From Candidatus Methylomirabilota bacterium (GTDB lineage: Bacteria; Methylomirabilota; Methylomirabilia; Rokubacteriales; DASRDR01), in the NCBI GenBank assembly GCA_036001225.1, contig DASYUM010000147.1, forward strand, positions 1-57,767: a stretch of 57,767 nt of DNA, read 5' to 3'. How positions within the stretch are numbered: the stretch's first letter is position 1; every line of letters begins with the position of its first letter. The translations under genes and the position numbers were made by a program. Shown here one piece after another: positions 1-9,919 of this stretch. The notes under the pieces were generated by a model that was given only the letters and a program-made list of their open reading frames with translations, was not told the origin of the DNA and did not search any database.

Positions 1-100
1 AAGCCGCCGCTCGGAGCGGAACATCCCACGCGCGGCGGTTCGGCATCGCGCCGCGCCCGGTTAGTCTCCGGGGCCGCGGCGGGGCTACGACCCCGCCGGC
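1..100 (+). repeat. Family-A structured intergenic repeat, copy a (5' end cut by the window edge)
   Basis: Bases 1-66 align almost base for base with 40349-40418 (AAGCCGCCGCTCGGAGCGGAACATC.CACGCG.GGCGGTTCGGC.TC.CGC.GCGCCCGGTTAGTC). The helix GCGCGGCG (30-37) / CGCCGCGC (49-56) is present, followed by a GC hairpin at 78-97. Confidence 0.7.
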
Positions 101-150
101 AGGACGGCGGCGGCCCGGCGCCGGGTGCCGCACGGTGATACACTGACGTC

Positions 151-399
151 GTGCCCACGAAGAATCCTCGCGTGAACGTGGTTGTCGAGCCTCCGCTCTA
201 CCGGGCCCTCGGCCGGCTGGCCAAGCGGGAGGGGATCTCGCTCTCGATGAAGGCGCGGGACCTTCTCCGCGACGCCGTGGAAGCAAGCGAGGATTTGGCG
301 CTGAGTCGTATCGCCGCCGAGCGCGACCGGACATTCGACCGGGCGCGGACCCTATCCCACGCGCAGGTCTGGGGGCGCCGCCGACCGAAACGAGGTTGA
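151..399 (+). CDS. Ribbon-helix-helix (RelB/CopG-like) antitoxin
   Basis: 82-aa ORF with a GTG start. The N-terminal RVNVVVEPPLYRALGRLAKREGISLS segment is RHH-like. It abuts the downstream toxin ORF (stop 397-399, next start 400). Confidence 0.7.
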   Translation: MPTKNPRVNVVVEPPLYRALGRLAKREGISLSMKARDLLRDAVEASEDLALSRIAAERDRTFDRARTLSHAQVWGRRRPKRG

Positions 400-687
400 G
401 TGCCGTACGTCCTCCGCTACCACCCGGCGGTAGCCGAAGACGACCTACCTGAAATACCAGCCAACCTCCGGGCCCGTCTGGCAGGAGCCATCGCAGCGCG
501 ACTCACAACGGAGCCGGCCCGGTACGGGGTGCCACTCAGCGGGTCACTCAGGCCCTACTGGAAGCTCCGGGTCGGCGATTACCGTGTGATCTTCAGGGTG
601 GTAGGCCGCGACGTGCGGATTCTCGCGATCATGCATCGAAAGAGGGTGTACGAAGAGGTTCAACCCCGCCTCGGCTGGCCGCCCTGA
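400..687 (+). CDS. RelE/ParE-family type II toxin
   Basis: 95 aa. YWKLRVGDYRVIFRV....VRILAIMHRKRVY is the typical RelE/StbE C-terminal core. It is directly coupled to the upstream antitoxin. Confidence 0.75.
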   Translation: MPYVLRYHPAVAEDDLPEIPANLRARLAGAIAARLTTEPARYGVPLSGSLRPYWKLRVGDYRVIFRVVGRDVRILAIMHRKRVYEEVQPRLGWPP

Positions 688-748
688 CCGGCGTGCCCCG
701 AGGACGCGGGGCGCCACGAGGAACCCCACAGGGCATGGCGGAACAGTC

Positions 749-1396
749 TCAGTGGAGCGCCTGCGAGGCGAGCGGAGAGGCTGCGGCCCGCCGGCGCTGA
801 CGGAGCAGGAGGCGCCGGACGGCATCGCCGGCCCGGATCGCCAGCACCACCGCCAGCCAGCCGGCATAGACGTACGGCCCGATCCAGCCGACCTTGGCCA
901 GCCAGAAGTAGTGGAGGACGGCCAGGGCGCCGGCGAGGTAGACCAGCCGGTGGAGCCGCCGCCAGGCGAGGGCGCCGAGCCGCTTCACCATGCGGGCGGT
1001 GGAGGTCGCGGCCAGCGGGATCAGGAACAGCAGCGCGGCCATGCCGGCGGTGATGTAGGGACGCTTCACGATGTCGGCGCCCATCGTCGGCCAGTCGAAG
1101 AAGTGGTCGAGGACGATCCAGACGCCGAAATGGAGCGCCGCGTGGAAGAAGGCGAAGAGGCCCAGCAGCCGGCGCAGGGTGATCGGCCACGAGAACCCGA
1201 AGAGGATACGGAGCGGGGTCATGGTGAGGCTGAGCAGGAGGAGGCGGATCGTCCAGTCGCCCAGCCAGCGGGTGACGAAGTCGATGGGGTTGGGGCCGAG
1301 GTCGTCGGCGTAGGCGCGGTAGAGAAGAAGCGCGAGCGGCGTCAGGCACAGAAGCCACACGCCGCTCTTGAGAAGTACTCGGCCGCGACGGCTCAC
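749..1396 (-). CDS. msrQ: Methionine-sulfoxide reductase heme-binding membrane subunit MsrQ (YedZ family)
   Basis: 215-aa polytopic membrane protein with conserved His-containing helices (FHAALHFGVW, LHRLVYL, VLHYFW). It lies downstream of msrP. Confidence 0.85.
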   Translation of the reverse strand: MSRRGRVLLKSGVWLLCLTPLALLLYRAYADDLGPNPIDFVTRWLGDWTIRLLLLSLTMTPLRILFGFSWPITLRRLLGLFAFFHAALHFGVWIVLDHFFDWPTMGADIVKRPYITAGMAALLFLIPLAATSTARMVKRLGALAWRRLHRLVYLAGALAVLHYFWLAKVGWIGPYVYAGWLAVVLAIRAGDAVRRLLLRQRRRAAASPLASQALH

Positions 1397-1625
1397 CGGC
1401 CTAGCCCGACTTATTCATGAAGGAAGGCGGGGCCGAACGGGTGACGCCGCGAACAGGGCGCCCCACCGCGCGGAGCGCAGGGCGCCGCCACCGCCGCGGG
1501 AAGCCTGCCGCAAGGCGGCAGCCGCCGGACTGTCGACCAGCCGCACGCTCGGGCCCGAGCGAGCATGGTGGGGCGGTTCGCGGCGGCAGGACCCGTTCGG
1601 CCTGCGCGTTCGCGAATTATCCGGG

Positions 1626-2588
1626 CTAGTAATATTTGTTCAGGTCCATCCCCGCGTACAGCGACGCCACCTGGTCGGCGTAGCCGTTGAACATGAGCGT
1701 CTTGCGCCGGCGGAACTCGCCGATCCGCCGCTCGGTGGCCTGGCTCCACCGCGGGTGATCCTTGTTCGGGTTCACGTTCGAGTAGAAGCCGTACTCGTGG
1801 GGCGCCGCCTTGTTCCAGGTGGTCTTCGGCTCCTCGGTCACCAGCCGGATCCGCACCAGTGACTTGGCGCTCTTGAAGCCGTACTTCCACGGTACGACGA
1901 CCCGGATCGGCGCCCCGTTCTGGTTGGGGAGCACCTGGCCGTACATCCCCACGGTCAGGAGCGTCAGCGGGTGGAGCGCCTCGTCGAGCCGGAGTCCCTC
2001 GACGTACGGCCAGTCGAGCCCGCTGAAGTTGAAGAAGCTCGGCTTCTGGGCCGGGAACTGCTCGGGATCCATGAGGGTCGTCAACTCGACGTACTTCGCC
2101 TGACCCGTCGGCTGGACCTGCTTGAGCAGGATGCTCAGCGGGTAGCCGATCCAGGGAAGCACCATCGACCACCCCTCCACGCAGCGGAGCGCGTACACCC
2201 GCTCCTCGAGGGGCGCCAGCCGCATCAGCTCCTCGATGTCGTACTTCCGGGGCTTGGCCACCAGGCCGCCGACCTCGACCGCCCACGGACGGGGCTTGAG
2301 CAGGTGGGCGTGCTCGGCCGGGTCTTCCTTGTTCACGCCGAACTCGTAGAAGTTGTTGTAGGTCGTGGCGCTCTCGAACTTGGTGGCCGGCTCCTTCAAG
2401 CTGAGAGCCTCGTCTCGGGTCGCCTTGAGGGGGGCGCCGGGCGGCGCCGGCTTGGGCGCGGCCTCGGTCCGGCCGCAGCTCGCCAGGGCGACCGCCGCTG
2501 CCCCCGCCATGAACGCGCGGCGGTTCAGGTAGAGCCGCTGGTCGGTGACCTCCGACCATTTGAACATCGGGACGCGCCGGATCAGCAT
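1626..2588 (-). CDS. msrP: Periplasmic methionine-sulfoxide reductase molybdopterin subunit MsrP (YedY family)
   Basis: The start is set at ATG 2588, preceded by AGGAGGA. Twin-arginine signal [17 protein letters not shown]. Sulfite-oxidase-fold motifs are present ([30 protein letters not shown]). The upstream part of the 477-aa track ORF is rejected. Confidence 0.9.
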   Translation of the reverse strand: MLIRRVPMFKWSEVTDQRLYLNRRAFMAGAAAVALASCGRTEAAPKPAPPGAPLKATRDEALSLKEPATKFESATTYNNFYEFGVNKEDPAEHAHLLKPRPWAVEVGGLVAKPRKYDIEELMRLAPLEERVYALRCVEGWSMVLPWIGYPLSILLKQVQPTGQAKYVELTTLMDPEQFPAQKPSFFNFSGLDWPYVEGLRLDEALHPLTLLTVGMYGQVLPNQNGAPIRVVVPWKYGFKSAKSLVRIRLVTEEPKTTWNKAAPHEYGFYSNVNPNKDHPRWSQATERRIGEFRRRKTLMFNGYADQVASLYAGMDLNKYY

Positions 2589-2738
2589 GACATCCTCCTG
2601 GACCTCCGATCTCGGGTCCAGTGTACGCCCGCCGGGACGGTGGGTGTCACGGCGATGTGAAATCGGCGTGACGGCCACGCCTCGCCTCGACATGTCGGCC
2701 GGCAGCGTAGCCCTCGACGCCGAAGGGGTCAAGCGCGG

Positions 2739-2768
2739 TTGACGCGGCTTCCCCGGGAGCGCTAGAGT
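2739..2768 (+). promoter_or_regulatory. Candidate sigma70-type promoter for the GYD gene
   Basis: TTGACG (2739-2744), an 18-nt spacer, then TAGAGT (2763-2768), 64 nt upstream of ATG 2832. This is an AT-rich match in a 70% GC background. Confidence 0.35.
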
Positions 2769-2831
2769 CCCGGTCGTCGAGGGCTGCGTTCGCCCACCCG
2801 GACCGCCACCCTGACGCAGGAGGAACATGCC

Positions 2832-3158
2832 ATGCCGCTCTACATGACCCAGTTCTCCTACTCGCCGGAAGCGTGGGCCGCGCTCGCCAAGAAGCCGGAG
2901 AACCGGACCGAGGCCGTCTCGAAGCTCTGCCAGCAGTTCGGCGCCCGCCTGGCCGCCGTCTACTACTCGTTCGGGGAGTACGATGGGTTCATCATCGTCG
3001 AGGCGCCCAACGAGGTGACGATGACCGCCGCCATCATCGCCGCCCTCGCGCCGGGCCACGTGAGGGCCACCAAGACGACCGTGTTGCTCACCGCCGAGCA
3101 GGCGGTGGAGGCGATGCGCAAGGCGGGCGGCGTCGCGTTTCGCGGGCCAGGCGGCTGA
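2832..3158 (+). CDS. GYD domain protein
   Basis: 108 aa with the diagnostic [13 protein letters not shown] motif. AGGAGGAA lies upstream of the ATG. Confidence 0.8.
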   Translation: MPLYMTQFSYSPEAWAALAKKPENRTEAVSKLCQQFGARLAAVYYSFGEYDGFIIVEAPNEVTMTAAIIAALAPGHVRATKTTVLLTAEQAVEAMRKAGGVAFRGPGG

Positions 3159-3212
3159 CCGGCGAGCCGCGGGGCCCGATGGGGGGCGGCGTCCGGGACG
3201 CGCGCTCCCGGC

Positions 3213-5063
3213 TCAGCGCAGGGCTTCGAGGACCTCCGCCACCACCTCGAAGCGACCGAAGGACGGCATGAGGTAGGCGCCGGCGTAGCGCCGGCGGACG
3301 GCGGCCAGAACACCCTGGGCCGTCTCGATGCCGACCCGGAGGGCGTGGTCACCGGCCTGACGGAGGCGGGCCCGAAGCGCGTCGGGGATGGTGATCCCCG
3401 GCACCTCGTTGTGAAGGAACTCGGCGTGGCGCGCCGAGTGAAGGGGAAGGATGCCGACCACCACCGGGACCGGCAGCCGGCCGACCCGGGCGAGGAAGCG
3501 CTCGAGCTGCTCGAGGTCGTAGACCGGCTGGCTCTGGGCCCACATCGCGCCGGCCTCCACCTTGGCCCACAGACGCTCGGCCTCGCGCCCGGCGTCGGCC
3601 GCGCCCGGGTCGAGGGCGACCCCGATCGCGAACGCCGTCGGCTCGCCGATCGACTGCCCGATGGCGTCCACGCCCGCGTTCATTCCCTTGACGATCCGAA
3701 CGAGCCCGATCGCGTCCACGTCGAAGACAGCGGTGGCGTTGACGTAGTCGCCGGCCCGCGGCGGGTCGCCGGTCATGGCGAGGATGTTCCGGATGCCGAG
3801 GGCGTGGGCGCCCAGGAGGTCGGCCTGGATGCCCATCAGGTTCCGGTCGCGACAGGTGAAGTGCATGTTGATGTCGAGCCCCGTCGCTTCCCGGACCAGC
3901 ATGGCCGTGGGGAGCACGGCCATCCGCACCCGACCCAGCGAGCCGTCGTTGATGTCCACGACCTCGACGCCCCGCTCGGCCAGGAGCTTGGCGCCTTGGA
4001 CGAGCTTCTCGATGTTGTGCCCCCGGGGCGGATCCAGCTCCACCGTCACCAGGAACTCGCCGGCCCGGAGGCGGCTCTGGAGCCGGGTCGGCTCGGCGGT
4101 CGGACGCAGCGGCGGCGCCTCGGGAGCGGCGGCGGGGGCGATGAAGACGGCGCGGCGGGCGCGGGCGGCGTCGGGCACGTGGCGGTCCACCGCCTCCCGC
4201 ATCGCGTGGATGTGGGCCGGCGTCGTCCCGCAGCAGCCGCCGACCAATCGGGCGCCCGCATCCAGCATGCGCTCGGCGTACTCGGCCATGTAGGCGGGCG
4301 ACGAGAGGTAGATCAGCCGCTCGCCGAGCCGGCTCGGCAACCCGGCGTTGGGCTGGATGGCGACCGGCAGGTCGGGCGCCGCCTGGTGGAGGAGGACGAG
4401 GACGTCGTAGAGCACGCTCGAGCCGACCGAACAATTGGCGCCGATCACCTGAACCGGGAGCTCGCCCAGCTCGCGGCCGACCTCGCCCGGCGGATGGCCG
4501 GCGAAGGTCAACCGCTCCTCGGTGAACGCCATCTCGGCGATGACCGGCAGGTCGGCCGACACCGTCCGCACCGCCTGGACGGCCAGCCGCATCTCGCGCA
4601 GGTCGGAGATCGTCTCGACGACGAAGGCGTCCACGCCGCCTTCCAGCAGGCCCTCGGCCTGCTCGCGGAAGGCGGCCAGGGCCTCTTCCTCGCTCACGGT
4701 GCCGAGGGGGGCGAGGTACTTGCCGAGCGGCCCCACCGAGCCGAGCACGAAGACGTCCCGCCCCATCGTCTCCCGGATGTCCCGGGCCAGCCGGGCTCCC
4801 TGACGGTTGATCTCGCGGACCCGCCCCTCCAGGCCGTGGACGGCGAGCTTGAAGCGGTTGGCGCCGAAGGTGTTGGTCTCGATGCAGTCGGCGCCCGCGC
4901 TGACGTACTCGCCGTGGATGGCCTGGACCACCTTGGGGTCGTGGAGGTTGAGCACGTCGAAGCAGGCGTCGAGGGGCGTGCCGCGGGCGTAGAGCATCGT
5001 GCCCATCGCCCCATCCGCGAGAAGCGGGCCCTCGGCCAGCCGATCGAGCAGCGGATGACTCAC
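3213..5063 (-). CDS. Bifunctional homocysteine S-methyltransferase / 5,10-methylenetetrahydrofolate reductase
   Basis: 616 aa. The N-terminal half is a Hcy-binding domain (DGAMGTMLY, ETNTFGAN, GGCCGTTPAHI). The C-terminal half is MTHFR-like (VELDPPRG, TCRDRN, ILAMTGDPP). The GTG start overlaps the aroK stop (GTGA). Confidence 0.85.
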   Translation of the reverse strand: MSHPLLDRLAEGPLLADGAMGTMLYARGTPLDACFDVLNLHDPKVVQAIHGEYVSAGADCIETNTFGANRFKLAVHGLEGRVREINRQGARLARDIRETMGRDVFVLGSVGPLGKYLAPLGTVSEEEALAAFREQAEGLLEGGVDAFVVETISDLREMRLAVQAVRTVSADLPVIAEMAFTEERLTFAGHPPGEVGRELGELPVQVIGANCSVGSSVLYDVLVLLHQAAPDLPVAIQPNAGLPSRLGERLIYLSSPAYMAEYAERMLDAGARLVGGCCGTTPAHIHAMREAVDRHVPDAARARRAVFIAPAAAPEAPPLRPTAEPTRLQSRLRAGEFLVTVELDPPRGHNIEKLVQGAKLLAERGVEVVDINDGSLGRVRMAVLPTAMLVREATGLDINMHFTCRDRNLMGIQADLLGAHALGIRNILAMTGDPPRAGDYVNATAVFDVDAIGLVRIVKGMNAGVDAIGQSIGEPTAFAIGVALDPGAADAGREAERLWAKVEAGAMWAQSQPVYDLEQLERFLARVGRLPVPVVVGILPLHSARHAEFLHNEVPGITIPDALRARLRQAGDHALRVGIETAQGVLAAVRRRYAGAYLMPSFGRFEVVAEVLEALR

Positions 5064-5629
5064 GGCGTCCGGCGGGCCGTGGCGCCGCGCGGCCGGCCGG
5101 CGCGCGCGCGCTCACGGAGGTGTCGGAGGATGCCGCTCACCGCCCCGTCCACGCCGAGGTGGCCCACCTCCACCGCGAGGTGGGCCCGGGCGTAGTGCGG
5201 CTTCCGCGCCTCGTAGAGCGCGGCGGCCTCGTCCCGCGAGCGCGTGGCCAACATCGGGCGAGCCCCGAGCCGGCTCGCCCGCGTGTAGAGCGTGTCGAAG
5301 TCGGCGGCCAGCCAGACCACGGTGCCCAGCGCGCGGAGCCGCTCCATGACGCCCGGACGGCAGGGGAAGCCGCCCCCGGTCGCGATGACGTGGCCGCGCT
5401 TGTCGGCCAGCGCCTCGAGGACCGCGGCTTCCAGCGTCCGGAAGTGGGCCTCCCCGCGCTCGGCGAAGATCTCGGGGATGGACTTGCCCTCGCCGGCGGT
5501 GATCATGTCGTCGGTCTCCACGAAGCAGAGACCGAGGCGGCGGGCGAGCACGCGCCCCACGGTGGACTTCCCCGCACCCATGAAACCGACGAGGATGACG
5601 GTGGGCGGCGGCGCGGACGGCAGTTCCAT
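5060..5629 (-). CDS. aroK: Shikimate kinase
   Basis: 189 aa starting at ATG 5629. Walker A GFMGAGKST and the typical VIATGGG core are present. Only the 3' 570 nt of the 618-aa track ORF is credible. Confidence 0.85.
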   Translation of the reverse strand: MELPSAPPPTVILVGFMGAGKSTVGRVLARRLGLCFVETDDMITAGEGKSIPEIFAERGEAHFRTLEAAVLEALADKRGHVIATGGGFPCRPGVMERLRALGTVVWLAADFDTLYTRASRLGARPMLATRSRDEAAALYEARKPHYARAHLAVEVGHLGVDGAVSGILRHLRERARAGRPRGATARRTP

Positions 5630-5725
5630 GACGATCCTCAATGGATCATAGCACGAGGCTTTTGAGCGTCCCGGCCGCCGCCCGGCGGCTTGACACGGCC
5701 GCTCTCGTCTAGTAGGAGAGCACGC

Positions 5726-7858
5726 ATGGCCGGGCCGCTCGGGCGCCTGCTGGCCCAGAAACCGATCGGCGGTGCTTCCCAGCCGCCGGCGCCGGGACAC
5801 CCGCGGCGCGGACAAATCGTGCGGGCGACTGTCGCCTGCCTGGCCGCCCTGGTCGGCCTCCTGGGCGTACTCCGCCAGCCCCCGGTCATCGGGACCCTCC
5901 TCGAACCGCTCGAGCTCGCGATCATGGACTGGCACGCGAAGGTGCGGGGGCACCTGCCGCCGCCGCCCAACATCACGATCGTGGGTATCGACGAGCCGAG
6001 CCTGACGCAGATCGGCCGCTGGCCCTGGCCCCGGACCCGCACCGCCGAGCTGATCGCGCGGCTCAGCGAGGGCGGCGCTCGCGTGATCTACCTCGACATC
6101 CTGTTCAACGAGCCCGACCAGAACTCGAGCCTGACCCTGGCCCGCACGCTGGCCGAGCGCTACCGGCAGCTCGGCCTCCCCCGGGCCGGCGGGCGAGCCG
6201 AAGCCTTCGCCCGGACCCTGGAGGAAGCACTCACCGACGCCGACACCGATCAGATCCTGGCCGAGGTCATGGCCGAATCGGGCCGGGTCGTCCTTCCCTA
6301 CACGTTCGTCTTCCCGCCCCAGTCGGCGCCGCCGCTCGACGACGACGCGCGACGGCGCCTCAACCGAAGCGAGGTGAACACGTTCGTCGACGAGGAGGCG
6401 ATGAAGGCGATCGGCGTCCTGACCCCGGTGCCGGCCAGCGGCGTGCTCCTGCCGCTGCCCCGGCTCCACGACGCCGCCAGGGCCTCCGGTCACACCAACG
6501 TCGTGCCCGACCGGGACGGCGCGGTCCGCCGGACTCACCTCGTGATGGACTTCAAGGGCCGATACTATCCGAGCGTGATGCTGGAAACGGCCCGGCTCGC
6601 CCTGGGCGTGCCCAGGACCGGCGTGCGGCGCACGGCCGAGCAGCGACTCCGGATCGGGACCCGTGACGTGTTGACCGACGAAAAGGGCGTGTTGCAGCTC
6701 GTCTATTACGGCCCCGGCGGGACCTTCCAGCACCTGTCGGCCGTGGACGTGCTGACCAGCCCCACGCCGCCGCCGGTCGAGGGGCACGCGGTGCTGGTGG
6801 GCTTCACCGCCCTCGCCTTCGACGTGCGGGCAACGCCGTTCGACCCGGTGATGCCGGGCGTCGAGATGCACGCCACCGCGCTGGGCAACTTCCTGGAGGG
6901 GCGGGGGCTGCTGCACCGGGTGGACATGATCTTCGCCGAGATGGTCGCTGTGCTGCTGCTCGCGGCCAGCATGCCGCTGACGCTGCCGCGGCTGGGCGGG
7001 GTGCGGGGGAGCATTCTCGCGGTGGCGCTGGCACTATCCGTGGTCGCGGCCGGGCACCTCGCCTTCCGCTGGGGAGCCGTGGTGGCGCTGCTCCCGCCCC
7101 TGGCCGCGCTGGCGATCGGGCACGTCGGGACCGTGACCTACCAGATGCTGACCGAGCAGCGCGAGCGGCGGTGGATCAAGCGAGCCTTCCAGCAATACGT
7201 GCCGCCCGAGGTGGTCGACACGGTGGCCGAGAACCCGGCCGCCCTCGCTTTCGGCGGCGAGCGGCGCCTGATGACGGTGATGTTCTCGGACATTCGCAGC
7301 TACACGACCTTCGCCGAGCGGCACCCGCCGGAAGAGGTGGTGGCGGTGCTGCACGACTACCTGACCGCGATGGTGGAGGTGGTGTTCCGCCATCGGGGCA
7401 CCCTGGACAAGTTCATCGGGGATGCTATCATGGCGCTGTTCGGAGCCCCCCTCGCCGATCCCGAGCACGCGCTGAATGCTTGCCGCGCCGCGCTCGAGAT
7501 GTCGCGCACGCTGGAGCGGCTGAACGCGGAGTGGCAGGCCGCGGGACGCGAGACGCTGTCGGCCGGCATCGGTATCAGTACGGGAGACATGGTGGTGGGC
7601 AACCTCGGCTCCTCTCAGCGCTTCACGTACACGGTGACCGGCGACCACGTGAACCTCGCCGCCCGGCTGGAAGGCCTCACCAAGGAGCACGCGACCCGCC
7701 ACAACATCATCATCAGCGCGGGGACGTACGCCGCGGTCCGGGAGCGGGTGACCGCGCGGCCCCTCGGTACCGTCACCGTCAAGGGCAAGCTGCAGGCCGT
7801 GGAGATCTACGAGCTGATCGACGTGGTGGCGCCGGCGGCGCCGGAGGCCCACCCATGA
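5726..7858 (+). CDS. CHASE2 sensor domain adenylate/guanylate cyclase (class III)
   Basis: Periplasmic CHASE2-like region ([14 protein letters not shown]), about three TM helices, and a C-terminal cyclase domain ([43 protein letters not shown]). ATG 5726 follows AGGAGAG. The track start TTG 5690 is possible but lacks an SD. Confidence 0.85.
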   Translation: MAGPLGRLLAQKPIGGASQPPAPGHPRRGQIVRATVACLAALVGLLGVLRQPPVIGTLLEPLELAIMDWHAKVRGHLPPPPNITIVGIDEPSLTQIGRWPWPRTRTAELIARLSEGGARVIYLDILFNEPDQNSSLTLARTLAERYRQLGLPRAGGRAEAFARTLEEALTDADTDQILAEVMAESGRVVLPYTFVFPPQSAPPLDDDARRRLNRSEVNTFVDEEAMKAIGVLTPVPASGVLLPLPRLHDAARASGHTNVVPDRDGAVRRTHLVMDFKGRYYPSVMLETARLALGVPRTGVRRTAEQRLRIGTRDVLTDEKGVLQLVYYGPGGTFQHLSAVDVLTSPTPPPVEGHAVLVGFTALAFDVRATPFDPVMPGVEMHATALGNFLEGRGLLHRVDMIFAEMVAVLLLAASMPLTLPRLGGVRGSILAVALALSVVAAGHLAFRWGAVVALLPPLAALAIGHVGTVTYQMLTEQRERRWIKRAFQQYVPPEVVDTVAENPAALAFGGERRLMTVMFSDIRSYTTFAERHPPEEVVAVLHDYLTAMVEVVFRHRGTLDKFIGDAIMALFGAPLADPEHALNACRAALEMSRTLERLNAEWQAAGRETLSAGIGISTGDMVVGNLGSSQRFTYTVTGDHVNLAARLEGLTKEHATRHNIIISAGTYAAVRERVTARPLGTVTVKGKLQAVEIYELIDVVAPAAPEAHP

Positions 7859-8682
7859 GACCGATCCGACGCCGGGCGACCGCGGTGCTGGCGCTGGCGG
7901 GCCTCACGCTCGGCGGGGCCGCCAACGCCCAGCCCCCCGGATCCGCCGAGGTCATCTTGGCCCGGGCGCCGGCCGACGCCATCACCCGCGGCCAGACGAC
8001 GCCTCGGCCGCTCGTCAAGGGCGCGCGGCTGGCGGTGGGGGACCGCGTCCGCACTGGCCGCGGGGGCGCGGCGGAGATCCGGCTCGGCGACGGCAGCCTG
8101 GTGCGCGTGGGCGAGCTGTCGGACTTCGAGGTCGATCGGCTCGACGTGGACGCGGCGGGCGCGCCGACGACGTCCCGCTTCAACCTGGCCGCCGGCCAGG
8201 CCCGGGCCTGGGTCGCGCGGCAGGTCATCGCCAAGGTGGCGGCGACTGAGGGCGGGTTCGCCGTCCAGACGCCGACCGCGGTCGCCGCCGTCCGCCAGAC
8301 GGACTTCGCGCTGCTCCACGACGCGGCCGCGGTCACGCGCGTCTACACCTTCGCCGGCGCGGTCGAAACGTCGGCGATCGGCGCCGCCTCCGTCACCTGC
8401 GCGCGCAACCGGTGGACCCGGGTCGACCCGCGCCGGGACCCCATGCCGTGCGAGATCATCCCGCTCCGGGACAAGCGCGCGGTGCTGAAGGAGCTCGCCT
8501 TCCAGGCGGTGGCGGTCGAGCCGGGCGATCTCGATCGGGCGGCCCTCAACGCGCTGGGCGCCAAGCTCTCCGACGAGCGCGTGACCGGAGGCCGGCTCTT
8601 CGAGACCGGCCCCGGCCGGCAAGGTCGGAGCGACCCGGCTTCGCACGAGGCCGCGGTGGGCACGACCGTCAACCCGGATTAG
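7855..8682 (+). CDS. FecR-domain periplasmic protein
   Basis: 275 aa. ATG 7855 overlaps the cyclase stop (ATGA). It has a signal peptide and a FecR-like segment ([31 protein letters not shown]). Confidence 0.7.
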   Translation: MRPIRRRATAVLALAGLTLGGAANAQPPGSAEVILARAPADAITRGQTTPRPLVKGARLAVGDRVRTGRGGAAEIRLGDGSLVRVGELSDFEVDRLDVDAAGAPTTSRFNLAAGQARAWVARQVIAKVAATEGGFAVQTPTAVAAVRQTDFALLHDAAAVTRVYTFAGAVETSAIGAASVTCARNRWTRVDPRRDPMPCEIIPLRDKRAVLKELAFQAVAVEPGDLDRAALNALGAKLSDERVTGGRLFETGPGRQGRSDPASHEAAVGTTVNPD

Positions 8683-8724
8683 CCAGCCGCCACGAGCGAC
8701 TCACCGGCACTCAAAGGGGGGGGC

Positions 8725-9888
8725 ATGAGTGGGGCGAGAGGGGATTCGGGGGGCGGACGAGGCCGCCGTCTGACCGCGGCCGCGATCCTGCTCGTCGGGA
8801 TCCAGGCGGGAGCCGCGGGCCCGGCGGCGGCCGACGAGTGGACGGTGCGGACGGGCGTCCACGCGGACGCCTGGAGCGGAGTCGGCCAGAAGGGGCACCA
8901 GATCCTGGCCCCGACCTCGCTGGCCTTCGACACGCCCGCCTGGGGGCTCTCCGTCCGTACCGCCTATGGCACCTCGGAGCGGGATCCCGCCACCGGGCCC
9001 ACAGGCTCCATCACCGGGTTCACCGACACCACCGTGTCCGGGTACTACCGCCTCACGGTGAGCCGGATCGAGCTGCGGGCCGGCCTGGATCTGGACCTGC
9101 CGACCGGCGTCAGCCGACTCCGGACCTCCCAGATCGCGGCAGTCCAGGACGACGACCTCGTCCTGCTCCGCCGCTTCGGGGAAGGCTTCGACCTCAACGG
9201 GTCGCTGAGCGCCTACCGGAACTTCGGGGCCTTCGGCCTCGGCCTCGGCGTCGGGTACTTGCGCACCGGCGAGTACGACCCCACCTCCGACCCCAACGAC
9301 GACATCGACCCCGGCGACGAGTTGACGGTGGCCGCGCTCGCCGACGTGTACGCGACGGACACCATCCGGCTGATCCTGCGGGCGGCCTACACCTACTTCA
9401 CCGCCGACGAGCGGCGGGGGGGCGTGGACGCGCTTCGAGAGGGCGACGAGGTGGACCTCCTGGTCACCACCGAATGGCGACCGGAGCCCTGGTGGGTAGC
9501 CGTCACGCTCCGGGGAATCCTCCGCGACAAGGCCGAGCGGGCCAACGCGGTCGGCCAGCTCGTCCCCGAATCGCGGAACAGCAACGGCGACGAGATCCGC
9601 GGCCGGCTGACCGCTGGCTACATTCTCAATGATGTCTGGGCGGTCTCGGGCACGGTCGAGGTCCGCCATGTCGCCGCCAACGACTTCCCGGCGGGCGACC
9701 CGCTCCACGACGGCGGACGGACCAAGGTGGCGTTCGGGCCGTCGGTCGCCTGGACGCCGACTCGGACCTTCGGCGCGGAGGCCGCCTTCCGGTACTTCAT
9801 CATGGACGTGAAGCAGAGCCCGTTCTTTCAGACCGACGGCACGATCCACGGCGTCCACGTGGACGTGCGGCTGACGTATCGGTTCTGA
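8725..9888 (+). CDS. Putative outer-membrane beta-barrel protein
   Basis: 387 aa. It has a signal peptide, alternating amphipathic strands rich in Y/G/T/D, and a C-terminal ...VDVRLTYRF ending in an aromatic residue. Confidence 0.55.
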   Translation: MSGARGDSGGGRGRRLTAAAILLVGIQAGAAGPAAADEWTVRTGVHADAWSGVGQKGHQILAPTSLAFDTPAWGLSVRTAYGTSERDPATGPTGSITGFTDTTVSGYYRLTVSRIELRAGLDLDLPTGVSRLRTSQIAAVQDDDLVLLRRFGEGFDLNGSLSAYRNFGAFGLGLGVGYLRTGEYDPTSDPNDDIDPGDELTVAALADVYATDTIRLILRAAYTYFTADERRGGVDALREGDEVDLLVTTEWRPEPWWVAVTLRGILRDKAERANAVGQLVPESRNSNGDEIRGRLTAGYILNDVWAVSGTVEVRHVAANDFPAGDPLHDGGRTKVAFGPSVAWTPTRTFGAEAAFRYFIMDVKQSPFFQTDGTIHGVHVDVRLTYRF

Positions 9889-9919
9889 GGCGCACGCGGT
9901 CGGGGAAAGGGTCACGGCG

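Noticed and set aside
2589-2831. Moco riboswitch upstream of msrP. I also looked for Moco, cobalamin or SAM riboswitches upstream of 28327, 26407 and 5063.
   Set aside because: I could not find the conserved Moco-motif blocks in the msrP leader. The other genes have either no leader at all (overlapping or under 100 nt upstream) or nothing resembling those aptamers.
2589-3059. N-terminal extension of the msrP ORF (track 1626-3059)
   Set aside because: The extension overlaps the GYD gene on the other strand and lacks similarity to MsrP. ATG 2588 has a strong AGGAGGA SD and is followed at once by the Tat signal.
3345-5195. 616-aa plus-strand ORF, and the 588-aa minus-strand ORF 3349-5115, overlapping the Hcy-methyltransferase/MTHFR gene
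   Set aside because: These are mirror or alternate-frame shadow ORFs typical of 70% GC DNA. They have Arg/Gly/Pro/Ala-rich low-complexity translations and no motifs, whereas the 3213-5063 frame carries two clear enzyme domains.
5690-5725. TTG 5690 as the start of the CHASE2 cyclase
   Set aside because: It has no SD and the first 12 residues are not needed. ATG 5726 lies 6 nt after AGGAGAG. I kept it as a stated alternative only.
5630-6916. N-terminal 429 aa of the 618-aa minus-strand ORF 5060-6916
   Set aside because: Only the last 189 aa form shikimate kinase. The upstream part is antisense to the CHASE2 cyclase gene and is low-complexity. ATG 5629 gives a normal-length AroK.
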